Both the position numbers and the translations under genes were made by a program. A stretch of 64,000 nt of DNA, from assembly GCF_009914755.1 (NCBI RefSeq), contig NC_060932.1; one strand, 5' to 3'. Numbering within the stretch: the stretch's first letter is position 1; each line of letters opens with the position of its first letter. The notes below the pieces were generated by a model. It did no database searches, was not told where the DNA came from, and saw only the letters and a program-made list of their open reading frames with translations. Source of the stretch: the human T2T-CHM13v2.0 reference genome, Homo sapiens. Shown here in pieces: positions 28,201 through 41,335 of this stretch.

Positions 28201-29489
28201 TGAAAAAGGAAACGGTTTTTTTTGGATGGGGGTGTTTTGTTTCTAAGGAGAAACTTCCAGTGTATTAAAAAGCATTAAACTTGCCTTTTTGATAAATTTT
28301 TTACTTTTTCTTAACAATTATATTATAGCCAATTCTCATATAAATAATTTTATATAGATTCCCCAAAGAGATACATTATAGACTCCAATTTAACCTGAAG
28401 CAGCTCATGTCCAATTAGAATTGTAATAAAAAAGTAGACAGTTCTATTTTTTGCGTCTTAGTCTATTTTAAAGTTTTTTCAGCTTAGAATTGTGGCTTCT
28501 ACTTCTTAATGATATTTAATTTCTTAATAAAGTTTTGCTTTTATTTCTTAACTGTTAAAGCTTCCATTAACAATTATATCTTGAGAAGATCACAGCAGGT
28601 GGCAACTGAATTTAAACACACTGATTTCCATTAACTACCAGAAAAAAATATATATAAGTGAATTTTGAAAACACAGACTTGTTATTTTGCTTTTTTTTTA
28701 TTTTTCTTAATAGCATTGTTCATTGGTTGGATGGCTCTTATGTGGAAATGTAAGCTAGAGCAAGTGATTGCTTTTGAGGCAGAATATAACCCCAACACAG
28801 TTCAAAGGGCCATGTTATTGTAATGCCAGAAATCTAAAAGCTAGTATGTAATAAAAGGAGAATCAATGAATAGATAAAGTTAGATCCTGAAAAGAGAACA
28901 AAGCCTCAGTGTTTGCTCCCATAACTAACTGTGAGGAAAGGACCACAAAATTTTAGGCACATATGAGGACTTATCATCATATTTGCAGCGCCCACAGAAA
29001 CAATCATGCAATGTAATGAATGAAAAAAATCAATGAATATGGCTGACTAACCATGGAGTAGCATTAGTTAAACTAAAAGTCATTGTAATATGCACCTTTT
29101 GAATGCTTTGCCGAGGAATATTTGAAGTTCTCCTCTGAGCAAGCAAGTATCCTACTGGTTTTGACCTAGCAAGCAAGACTAACAGAATACCAGGAATACA
29201 AGGAACAAAAGATTTTATAACATTGTCAAGGCTTTCAGTCCTGTCAGAATTTTAAAAGAAAGTTGTATTACTACCATTGAAGCTTCCCTATTGGACTGTC
29301 TGCCACTATTGCTAAACCTCAGGAACCTACCAGCAGCACCTGTGCAACCAGGAGATCACAGCTGAAAGCCAGTTATGTTTTAGATCTGGTACAAGTGTGT
29401 CTAATTCCACAGAGAAGTGTGGATGCCTGGACTTTGTTGCCAATATTAAACACTTTCTCCTCTTCTAAATTAATAATCAAACCAATAGT

Positions 29490-29730
29490 TAACATTTACT
29501 AAATTTTTACTAATAATATATACTACAAATTGGCTGATTTCTTTCTCTATATTATATCATTTATCCTCCTAAAACAAAATATGAATCTGATATTATAATA
29601 ATTCTTTTTCCTATGAGGAGACTGAACTGCACAGTAATTAAATATACTTTAAAGGTCACACAGAGAGAAATATGATAAAGCAGGGAGTTAAACTCACACA
29701 GTCTAAGTCTAGTATATGTATCTTAAATAA
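29490..29730 (-). mobile_element. MIR SINE
   Basis: taacatttact ... atgaggagactga ... aaggtcacacag. Confidence 0.7.
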
Positions 29731-30030
29731 CAAATTTAGAAGAAAATGTAGGCATGTTTATAGAAGAAACTATTTTAATATGTAACATTATCTTGTAGCA
29801 ATAATTTTCCAAAGTAAAGTAATATTATTTTTCTTTGCAAAGTTTTAATACTTAAGGTTTTATTACATATTTATTCTTTACCATTTTACAATTTTGATGA
29901 ATGTATATAAATGTTTTCATTTTTGTATTCTATAAATAAAAACATTTCTAATCATTTTTTACTGTATCATTTTTATCTGTAGTATTTGAGTTTTATTCAC
30001 TTTAATTTTATAGTTTAAAATGTGTTTATT

Positions 30031-30349
<319 letters not shown>

Positions 30350-30865
30350 TTAACATAACTTTTATGATAGGTTTTTTTCAACATAGCAGACTAAATGTCT
30401 TAAAAGACCTCTTCATAGTAATAGGAATAAAATGGAGCAAAAAAAATTTTTTTAAAGCATTGCTGAGCTGTAGAAAAATAAAATCTGCTGTGAATAAAAA
30501 TTAAATGGAAACCAGAGTAGGAGATTGAAGGTCTACCTATGTGTTTCCTGGGGGTACTTGTTGACTCCTGAAATCAATGGACTTGAACATTAAAAAGCCT
30601 AAGGCCCAGAAAACAAAGTCTTAAGCCTATTCAAAGAGTGAGTCCAGAATGTAGACTCCCATATACAATCAGGACCCTTAGAGAAAGCAGGGAATAGAAA
30701 AATTGCTTTTGCTTTATAGCGAGGCAAGATAACATACTACCAGTGTGATTTAAACAACCCTAAACCAACAAATTTAATTTGTCCTGGATTAATAATTTAC
30801 TAGGGCACACGTGAGCTGCAAAAAAATAAATCTTTACTAGAGGGCATTGAGCTGCGCATATAAAT

Positions 30866-31439
30866 TGTTACCAAAGGGTAGCTGCGGGAAGACCCAGCTC
30901 CCAGTTCCAAATGAAGACTCCCACCACATGGCAGATGGCACAGATCATAAGAATGCTAATCACTAGAAGTAGAAGCACACAGACATAGGCCCCCTGCATT
31001 CCCTGCAGGTTCGGAATCGCCAGTGAGGACTCAGTACACAGGACACTGGTTGAAGCAGTGCTTTACTCACAAAGAGATGCAGCAAAGCCAGCATTTGTAG
31101 TATGCATTGGTCTCCCATAGTCAGCGGGTCCCTTGCAATAGCTGAGGCATGGCAATGGACTACATGTACCCATCTCAGTGCAAAGACCCTGTTTTCTTCC
31201 CATTGGAGGCAGATATACTGGTGGGGCTGGCCAGGTGCCCTATGACCACTTAAGCAATACAGGGAAGTTCACTGTGTAGACAGAGCAGAGAAAATGTTTC
31301 TCCTAATAAGGAAGAAGAGCCTGAGGTGAAGCGACGGACCAGCACCCTGCTTCCATATAAAGGAATGTCTAGGTACAGGGTACTGATTGGGTAATCCTGA
31401 AGAGGGGCAGCAGGTTAGGTGATGGCTGCTTCCCCTACA
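30866..31439 (-). mobile_element. ERVL-class solo LTR (MER73/MER74-like)
   Basis: TG...CA termini, GC-richer block in AT-rich flanks, ctgattgg CCAAT box near the minus-strand 5' end. Confidence 0.6.
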
Positions 31440-31714
31440 GGGGGGGAAACATGCTAATGTAGATATCCTAATATGTCCATTGGTAAAGCCTTCCTCCTTG
31501 CAATAAGTTTATAACCCCAAATTACAAACCAGGAAAAAAGAAAAGCAGTATAGGCAAGAGTTAACAAATCAATAATCAATGTGATTACAGCAGCAGTAAT
31601 TTCAGATGTCAGTTTGTTAAAGAATACAAAATATATATGTCTAAAATGTTTAAAAAGTAAAACATACAAATAGAAACATGAGCCAAGCATAAGATATGTA
31701 TCTACTGTTGACCT

Positions 31715-32330
31715 GCTACTGTCTATCCTGAGAGCAGAGTACAGAGTGATCATTTTAATATAATGTGTGAGATCTGGTGATTTCTCTGCATAAGCCCTGT
31801 GATGGCTCCCATCTCACTCAGAACAAAGCTGAAGTCCTCACAATGGCCTGCATAGCCCTAAATGATCTGGCAGCAATTACCTCTCCTACCTTTTTTCCCT
31901 CCTTAAATATATGCTCCAGTCGTCTCCTTGCTTTCTTTCCACCAACTTTAGTAACTGCATTGGCTAACACTTCTGCTTGGATCTTTCACCCAGATATCTA
32001 CATCTTTACTTTCTCATACCTTTAGCATCTTGTTCAAATTTCACTTTCTTAATGACACCTTCACTGACCACTCTTTTCCAAATGACAGGCATCTTTTGAC
32101 CACAGCACTACCAATACCTTGTACTGTGCTCATGCTTTACTGTGTGTTTTCTTTTTTCATAACAGTTCTCACCTTCAATTGACTCTTTATTTTTCCTAAA
32201 ATTACAGCTTATCTTGTCACACAATGTATCCAATGGGTGATCTTGTTTTGTCTGTTTTTATTTTCCACTAAAGTATTCCAAGTGCCTACCAAGTACCTGG
32301 CACAAAGTAAACCAATTTGTGAATGAGCAC
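31715..32330 (+). mobile_element. L2a 3' region
   Basis: gatggctcccatctcactcagaacaaagctgaagtcctcacaatggcct ... agtacctggcacaaagtaa. Confidence 0.8.
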
Positions 32331-32903
32331 TGACATAAAGATCAGGCCAATTTTAAAACTAATCATGTTTCTGGAACCCAAAAATACAACGAACAAAATT
32401 AAATCTTGATGGGTTAAATAGTAGATTATACAAAGAAAATTACTGAACCAGAAGCATAATTCAAGTGTAGTAAAATTAAAGAAATTGCAAAGACTAGACA
32501 ACAAGATGGGGAAAAAATAAGAGGTTTAAATATATGGAGAATAGAATGAAAGAGTTGAGGGTTAGTAGAAGTTTCAGACAAGAGAATAGAGAAGGAAGAT
32601 TGGGCTAAATGTAAAGCAGATAATGGTTGAGAATTTTTCAGAAATGACAAAAGACAGGGATAATTCCATTCAGGAAACCTAGTAAATCCTCGGCAGAAAA
32701 GAATTTTACTCAGCCATATGGATATGAGGGCAGAAGAGATAAAAAAGAAGCTTTAAAAAAAGCCTAAAATGACCAGATTACCCATAAATAATGACAATGG
32801 CATCTTAACAGCAACAATGAAAGCTACTATGCAATACAAAATATCTTCAAAATATAGAGAAAGGATAAATTTTAAGAATATCTTGGAATCCACTCAGGGG
32901 AAC

Positions 32904-33496
32904 TGAGACAGGAACAATTCATGGTGGTGGCAGGATAATGGAAAATTCCAGGCAGTAGTTTTACATGACATGCATAAAGGAACATGTTGAAACAGCTGCA
33001 TAAGCTACAGACTGATAAGAACCTGAAAAACAGTGTGTGGGCAAAGCTGGCTAAGACTTACCAGACCCAACTTGGTGCTGGATTTGACCTAACTTTCATC
33101 TAGGACCTCATTATATGCTCATTAATATCTTAAATCACACACCCACCAGCTCCATGGCAGTTCCAGGAACACTCATATTTGGTGTAAAACTGAGTGGCAC
33201 CACACTTCTGAGAAATCTTCACCTTTTTCTGGGAATCTTCATGAATACTCCGCACCTTGGTTAAAGTGGACCAGATAGGTAGAAGCCCGAAACTCCATTG
33301 TGCAACTCTTTCTCTTGAGAACACCCACACTCCACTTTCTTGAATATGTACTTTTCACTTTGCAAGAATGTTTGTATTTTCACTATTTTCTGACTCATGC
33401 CTGAATTCCTTCTTGTGATGGTGTCAAGAGCCTGGACACTGGCCAGAGTCAAGGTGCCACTGGCATTTGGGGACCTCCCCTAGCCCACTGGTATCA
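32904..33496 (+). mobile_element. MER41-family solo LTR (MER41E-like, ERV1) inserted in an old L1
   Basis: tgagacagga ... ggtatca termini; ggacctcattatatgctcattaa and acccaccagctccatggcagtt motifs; near-TSD gaac/ggac. Confidence 0.82.
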
Positions 33497-34112
33497 GGAC
33501 TATCATTAAAGAAAGAATGTCAAATAAAGACATTTTCAGGAAAGTAAAAACTAAGAAAGTTTACCAATAAGAAACGTTAATCAAGAGTGTTTAAAGACAA
33601 AACTTATAGAGGAAAACATCTACAGAGGATGTTATGATAGTAAAGAAATTACAGTAAACAAAAAATTGGTAAACCTCCATGGGAATCTTTAGATTTACAA
33701 GAGCCATATACACTCATTGTATAAGATGGTAACTACAATTTTGCATGTAGGGGCTCATGAAATAAGGTAGTACTAAATATCGGACAATGTAAGTCAAAGG
33801 AAAGTTATAGGAATTAAAGTATTCAAAGTCATTGTATTGCTTTGGAGGGATGTCAATTAACTTTAAATATTAACTGTGTTAATTTGAGCTTTTTGGAAGC
33901 AGAGCCTAATATATTAATTTTTATAAAGTGATTTGAGGGAGTATAATACTTTAAAAGTTTTGTACCTTACAGTATATATATATTGTATCTTATCCTTTGT
34001 TAGTTTTTTTTAAAAAAAGGATAAAAAACTAAAACAAAATTTGTATTGGCAATTAACAAGGTATTTTGAAGTCAATTATAATCTTATATACTTAAATAAA
34101 CATATATTCCTA

Positions 34113-34214
34113 TATAGGTTGTTGCAAAAATATTGTGGTTTTTGCCATTAAAGGTTTTTAATTACTTTTAAACAATCTATTTTACTTTTGCAATTACTTT
34201 TGCAACAACCTATA
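34113..34214. mobile_element. MADE1 (Hsmar1 MITE), internally rearranged
   Basis: Perfect 17-bp inverted ends tataggttgttgcaaaa / ttttgcaacaacctata; ggtttttgccatta and gcaattacttttgca motifs. Confidence 0.85.
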
Positions 34215-36276
34215 ATTACACCAGAAAAATAACACACTGGAAATACACTCTAAAAGAGAAAGAAACAGAGAATACAAGAAAACAATACACTCTAAAATAA
34301 TACACTAGAAAATAATTACACTAGAAAGAATGAAACATGAACAATGCATCCAACTTAAGGAATTTAAAAAGTACACCACCAATTTATAGAAGTAGACAGA
34401 AAAAGTAAAAAAGATATTAGAAATTACAGGAAAAAAAGACAAAAATACAATATAAAGTATCAGTAAAAGCAAAACTTATTCCTTGCAGAAATTATAAGAT
34501 ACACAAAATGTTATTTTTGTCATTAAAATGTATTTTGTCATTAAATGTATTTTGTCATTAAAATAGATAAAAAGTAAATAAATATATGCATAAATACATA
34601 ATGAGATAATGTCTCTCCAACTAGAATATTAATAAAAAATAAGGCAGTTTTTAAAGAAATAATGAACTATGAATACCTTCATGACAAACCATTTAAAAAT
34701 AAAGGATGTAGTGTTATAAATAATAACGTTTAAAAATTCTCAACAGGCATGCAGAAGGTTATCAGCTACCACTGGAAGACAGTCAGACCTCCCCTTCTTC
34801 TCTGAACCCTCCTATAGGACCGAAGAGGCTTCATTGACTGAGGGAGGAACAATAAATCCTATTATTTCTTGGGCCGTAGGGAATGGTAGCAGCAAAAATC
34901 TATACCACATTTTGGGGAAAGGAAGAAAAATCTTCTCGTCCTCAGGAATCAAGCAAAAATCCATTGCTTCTGGGGAAAGGTAGAAATAGAAAGTGTATGT
35001 ATGTGTTACTAGAACAGGGGCAAACAACCCCTTAGGCTCAGGGTTCTGAAACGTTACAAAGCAGGTTTTGCTACCGCCGAGAAAAGGGGCGAAAACTCAT
35101 GCAAGGCACCCACGGATCAGAGACACTGCAAAGGATGGGAGAAGGAAGCGTAAGGAACTCTGTAAAGAACTATCCCCGAGAGGCCTAGGCACACAGGCAT
35201 GGCCTGTGAAAGACTGGACAAGGTGAACTGAGAAGCCCTTCTCCACTGACCAGCATTCCAGGGCCAGGTGAGAGGCAGTAGCACTCCACCAGCGGGGGAG
35301 GGGAGGAACATGGGGAGACACCCTTCAATGAAAGCAGTAGACATCCTTTGACTGAAAGCAGAAGATAGAGCAGGAACACTGAAAGAAATCCTTCAGCACC
35401 CATGGGTCCACACAAAATATGAGATAACAGCAACCTGCTGCTGAAGGAATTTGAAGCCTGTGGTGGATGTCGAGTAATAATAGCAACAAGAAAACTCAAA
35501 TCAAGCTCGGCTATAAGTAGATTGAATCAAATGCAGATTCAAAGGGCTTGAAAGAAGTAGCTTGCCCATTTTTAGTTATAAATAATATTTATTTCAGTTC
35601 TCACAATTATTCTACACACAATGTCTGACAATCAATTAGAATTGAAAAACATACATAATTTGTTTAAAATAACCCATTGTGTAGATTTAAGACAATCAAC
35701 AAGGCCAGATGCAGCAATGAGCCAAATGTTGAAACTATCAAACAGGGACATTAAAATAGCTATAATTACCAAATTCTATGTTATATCATGTTAGTACAAT
35801 AACTTTTTTCAGAAAAAAAAGAAAAACAAGGCATTAGGTATAATTATTAATATAATAATTACTAACTTTAAAATACTATTTTTAAAGGCTCTGTTAGGAA
35901 ATGTGAACAAGCATAAATGGATGAGGAGTTTCAGCAGAAAGTTGAACTATAAAAATGTTAAATGGAGAATAAAAATGCTGGAAAATTATTAAAAGTCAGA
36001 GATGAACTAACCTTTTGCCAGACATGAGAAAAGTGAACACAAGTAAAGAATCAATGAACTTGAAAATATGACAATAGAAATTAATCAAAGGGTAAAATAA
36101 AGAGAAAAATTAATACAGGGAGAGAGGGAGAGAGGGAGAGGGAAAGAGAGAGAGAGAGAGAGAATTCAAGGGCTCTGGGACAAAACTAAATGATCTGACG
36201 CAGAAATTAGAGTTCCATGGGACAAGAGAGAGAAAATGGAGCAGAAGCATTAAACAGGTAACGCTGTAAATTTTTT

Positions 36277-36316
36277 TAATTTAATTTTATTATTATACTT
36301 TAAGTTTTAGGGTACA
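36277..36316 (-). mobile_element. Ultra-short young L1PA 3' end insertion
   Basis: ttattatactttaagttttagggtaca between TSD copies tgtaaatttttt (36265-36276 and 36317-36328), followed by aa (TTTT/AA endonuclease site). Confidence 0.85.
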
Positions 36317-36380
36317 TGTAAATTTTTTAAAACTAATGAAAGACACCAACATGAAAGAAGCTCTGAGAACCCAAAGTAGG

Positions 36381-36413
<33 letters not shown>

Positions 36414-36459
36414 CCCCCCAAAGTCAAATCAAAGGTCAAGAAAAACATCTTAGAAGCAG

Positions 36460-36812
36460 TGCTATGCTCTGAATGTTTGTGTCTTCCCTAAATTCACATG
36501 CTGAAACATAATCCTTGATGTCAGGATATTTAGGGGTGGGATCTTTGGGAGGTTATTAGATCATGAGGATGGAGCCGTCATGAATGGAATTTGTAAGGCC
36601 CCGGAAAGATCCCTCACACCTTCTACCCTGTGAGGTAATGGCAAAATTTGGCTGTATATGAATTAGGAAGCAGGTCTTCATTGGACATAGAATCTGCCAT
36701 GTCCTTGATCTTAGATGTCTCAGCCTCTAGAACTGTGAGAAATAAGTATCTGTTGTTTATAAGCTACTTAGTTTAAGGTATTTTGTTATAGAAGCACATA
36801 CAGACTAAGACA
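36460..36812 (+). mobile_element. MLT1A0-like MaLR solo LTR
   Basis: tgctatgctctgaatgtttgtgtc ... cagcctctagaactgtgagaaataa ... gactaagaca. Confidence 0.9.
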
Positions 36813-37855
36813 AAACACAGACTAACAGTAAAAAAATGTGTATAAAGTAAGCAAAGGTAAAAGTGAAGCAGAGTTCTTGTTAGAAAGCATGCAAATCTGA
36901 AGACAATATAATAATATTTTTAAATACTGAAAGAAAACAAGCTAATATCCAATCAAGGATACTATACCCAGTTAAAAAAAAAATCTTAAAAAATTAGAGC
37001 AGAATACAATATTTTCAAACACGTAAAATCTGAAAAATATTATTATGTGTAGATTTGGAATACAAAATATATTAAAGATTATCTTTAGATAAAAGAATTG
37101 AGATACGAAGTGGAACGCTGAATCTACACAAAAAAAAGAATACTAAAACTTGTATGTATTAATCAATCAATTAAATAATAATAGTTTTTTTAATTTTTAA
37201 AAAGTATAAAGATCATTTACTGTAGAAAGCTAAACTGCTAACCATCTATTGCAACATTTCTAACATATTTAGAAGTAAAATGTTTGGCAAAATAGTATAA
37301 TAGAATGAGGGAAATGCAAATATACTCTTAAACTACACATGAAGTAGTAAATTATTTAAAGGTATTCTCAAATAATTTAAAACTATGTATTATAAGCCCT
37401 GGAAAGACCACAAAAAATAAATTAAATGAATAATGAGCCAGTGGTGAAGATAAAATAGAATTAAAAATGCTTAATTAATTCAAAATAAGGGAAAGAGTAG
37501 GGGAAAGTAACAGAAGATACTAAAAGTAAATAGCAAGATGGTAGACTAAAATTGAACCATATCAATAATTTCATTAAATATAATGTTTAAAGCACCTCAA
37601 ATTAAAGGCAAAAATTGTCAAGCCCCAACTCATTGCTGACTACAATATATGTAATGTAAATATAAAGATATACATGTTACCTATAAAAGTAAATATGTAT
37701 ATATCAAAAGATATATCAGAAATTATAGCTAGAGTAGCTAAATTTGTATAAGACAAAATAAACTTTAAAACCAGGAATGTTACTAGGTATAAATATGAAT
37801 ATTACAACATGATAAAAGGGAGAAATAATCAGAAACACATAAAAATTTTAATTGT

Positions 37856-38197
<342 letters not shown>

Positions 38198-40390
38198 TCA
38201 GTAAGGGTATAGAACATCTGAACATCACTATCAATCAAATTGACCCAACTGACATTTATAAGACAACTACCTAAATACAACATATAACACCTTTTTACGT
38301 GGAACATTGACTAAGACAAGCTATATTCTCAGCCATAAAACAAATGTAGAATAATTGAACTAAAATAAACTAGACTTTCTGATCATAAAAGTATTAAACA
38401 GGAAGTCAAAACCAGAAATCAGTAACAGAAAGACCACTGGAAAAAAAAATCACTAAATGTTTTTTACAAAAGCAAATTAAACCTAAAGTAAGAAGAACAT
38501 AATAAAGATGAAATTACAAATCAATGAACTTAGAGAAAACCAATGAATCAATCAATACAATTCATAAAATAAAAGGCTGAGTATTTTTTTAAAAAAATTA
38601 AAAATAGATAAAGCATGGACAGGCTGACCTGCAAAAGACAAAGAGAGGGGCAAAGAGAGAGAGAGAATGACACCAATTACCAACACCAGGAATGAAAGTG
38701 AAGCATCACTACTGATCCCACAGACATTAAAAAGACATAGATAATAATACTGTCAAGTAAATACAGCTGCTGTGAAATTCAGTGCAACTGAAACTCACAT
38801 ACATTTCTGGTGGCAATGCAAAATGGTAGAGCAAGTTTGGCACATTGGAAAAGAGGTTTGGCAGTTTCTTCCAAAGTTAAACATACATTTACCATAGGAT
38901 CAAGCAATCACTGTTCTGGATGTTTACCCAAGATAATTGAAAACACAAATCCACATAAAACCTCTACAAAAATGGTTATAGCAGGTTTATTCATAATGAC
39001 CAAAAGCTAGAAAGAAGCCAAACAACCATTTGTAGGTAAATAAATAAGTCATTGTACATCCCTACAATGAGAATCTCAGCAAAGAAACAACTGAGCAATA
39101 AGTAAAATCAAACTACTGATGTGTGCAACAATATGAATTAAACTAAAAAACATTACACTAAGTGAAAGAAGCCAGATACAGAAAGCTATATACAATGTGA
39201 TTTTATTTATATGACATTTTACAAAAGGCGAAACTATTGGTTTTGAAATAATTGGTTTCCAGGAGCTGTGTTTGGGGAATTTGATCAGTTTTGCCTGTTA
39301 TTTGAACTTTATATAAATATAACAATATAGCATTTCTGCTTTTATAGGTCTATTTTTTTAGTCAGCATCGTTTGTGATCTTCATTTATACTTTAGTGTAT
39401 AGAGTTTTTACATTCTCATTGCTATATGGTATCTTAGTGTGTACATATACTACAATTTACATATCAAATAATTGACTGCTGTTGTCCCATACTAGCCTAA
39501 TTGGCTAATATTCTCATCTAAGCCTTATCTATATCTCACAAAACCTAAATGGAGTTTTCATTACCAAATCAACTCTTAAACAGACATGAGAATTCAATAT
39601 GTATCTATCAAATGCATTGACTTCTTTTATGAAAAATATTAATTTCCCTTTATCATTCAGACAGTTTGGGATTCCCCCCCCCGAGTTATTATCACATGTA
39701 CCTTGCCACTACCTACCCAATCCCAAGTTTGTTTTCTATGGAATTTCCTTTATCCCAATATAATTCTAATTTAGAGTCAAAGGTATGTTCATCCTTTTCA
39801 CCTCTGAGAGTCAATAATTTCAAAATATTCATCTTCTAGATTATGGTAGCCTTGGCACCCTCCCCAAATACAATAAAATATTACTTTAAAGTGAAGGAAA
39901 AGGGAGTGTTGGCTTTCAGTTTGAATACAACCTAGCTGATGAATTCTGTCCCAAACAATGACTGCAGTGAATCAAGGTATCTGGGCTACAAGGTAAAACG
40001 TTTGAGAGGGTTACCTACATTTACTATGTAGATAAAGCCACAGATATGTGGGCTCATTTTAAATGTAGAGGTTCTGGCAGGAGTGCAATGAAATAATCTT
40101 TTGAACCACACTGTAGTGAATGTTTCTGAGTCACAGAAACATGCACACATCAAGGTAACACAGGTTTAAACTTGATTGAGTATTGAGTTTTGCATTTTAT
40201 TGTTGCAGTGAAAATCATGTCATGAATACATCATCTATTTCTCCATATAAAGATGTTCCTAATTAATCTGTTATTCAAAAGCTTATGTAAGTAACTGCAT
40301 TTTTTTCATGACATTGACTAAAGCCCAGAAACAGGTTTCTGTGTCCTAATTAATTCTTTTAAAGGCTTTCCTCAGCGGGATGTCACCTAC

Positions 40391-40560
40391 CTGGATCTTT
40401 GAATGAAAGGATATTAATGAAGCTGCAATGCAGATGATTATATTGAAAGTGATGAAGAATTTATTAGGAAGACAGCCATCACAGGCTGTGTAGTATATGA
40501 GGCATAAAACTGCTATAAGTAATGACAGAGTGTAGTTTAGGCAAGTAATGGGCAGCAGGG
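40391..40560 (-). pseudogene. SERINC-family (serine incorporator/TDE) internal coding exon of an unrecognised paralog; relic or unannotated gene
   Basis: Acceptor ccttttgtag|CC, donor CAG|gtaggt, 170 bp, phase 1 to 0. Encodes (A)LLPITCLNYTLSLLIAVLCLIYYTACDGCLPNKFFITFNIIICIAASLISFHSKIQ, ungapped and about half identical to the SERINC1/SERINC3 segment ending in PKIQ (recalled sequences). Confidence 0.85.
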
Positions 40561-41173
40561 CTACAAAAGGAGAGCTTGGAGATACATTATTAAGTAATAA
40601 AGTTCCCATAAAAATTGAAATATGAGGTGGAAAGATTAACATGGTCATACAAGTCATCTTTAATGTTCATAGCCAAGTTCTGCCTTTTAGAAAGAGTAAA
40701 CTGAATTTATGCCTGCGACAACATGTAAGTCAAAACCCTTATTTATACATTTCATGCAAGTGACTGCAGTCCTTTGGCTTACTGTTACCAACGTAGTGTT
40801 CAGTAGCATTTAAATTTACTACATTAACATTAGATCAGGAGCTGTATTTCTACCTGTCAAGTTGCTAATGTTTGTAGGTCATAGCATCAGTAGACTGTGG
40901 CTTACAGACCCCCTGCACTGCTAACCCAAATCTATGAACAGAATATTTAGTGTTTTGTTTTTCCTCCTTAAACTGAGTCTAGATGTGTTCTCATTTATTC
41001 AAAACTAATGTTCTGATATTATTAATTGATGCTGACATCTGTTCCCATGGCATGATCACTTCTACAGAGGGGATGCACAGTGCTCTAATTAAGGTCATGG
41101 GCTTTTGACAGAGGTAGACCTCAGCTAAAACCCTGACATTCACCAGCCTGGTGACCATGGTCAACTTACTTAA

Positions 41174-41175
<2 letters not shown>

Positions 41176-41221
<46 letters not shown>

Positions 41222-41295
41222 TTTTATAGGTCTATATATATATAGCTGACTATATACAGTCTGACTATATATAAATCTCCTATGGAGATTATATG

Positions 41296-41335
<40 letters not shown>
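41176..41335. repeat. (TA)n tracts with fold-back duplications, embedded in a MIR fragment
   Basis: Two long (TA)n runs; aagc(at)n gctt and aatctcc-tat-ggagatt inverted pairs. Confidence 0.9.

Noticed and set aside
28591-28606. CTCF-like motif cacagcaggtggcaac
   Set aside because: Single imperfect short motif; unsupported without binding data
28715-28795. Minus-strand GLYSAS.AIT...TNEQ resembling SERINC GLLQSS..IT...TNEP
   Set aside because: Needs frameshifts and lacks splice sites; chance level
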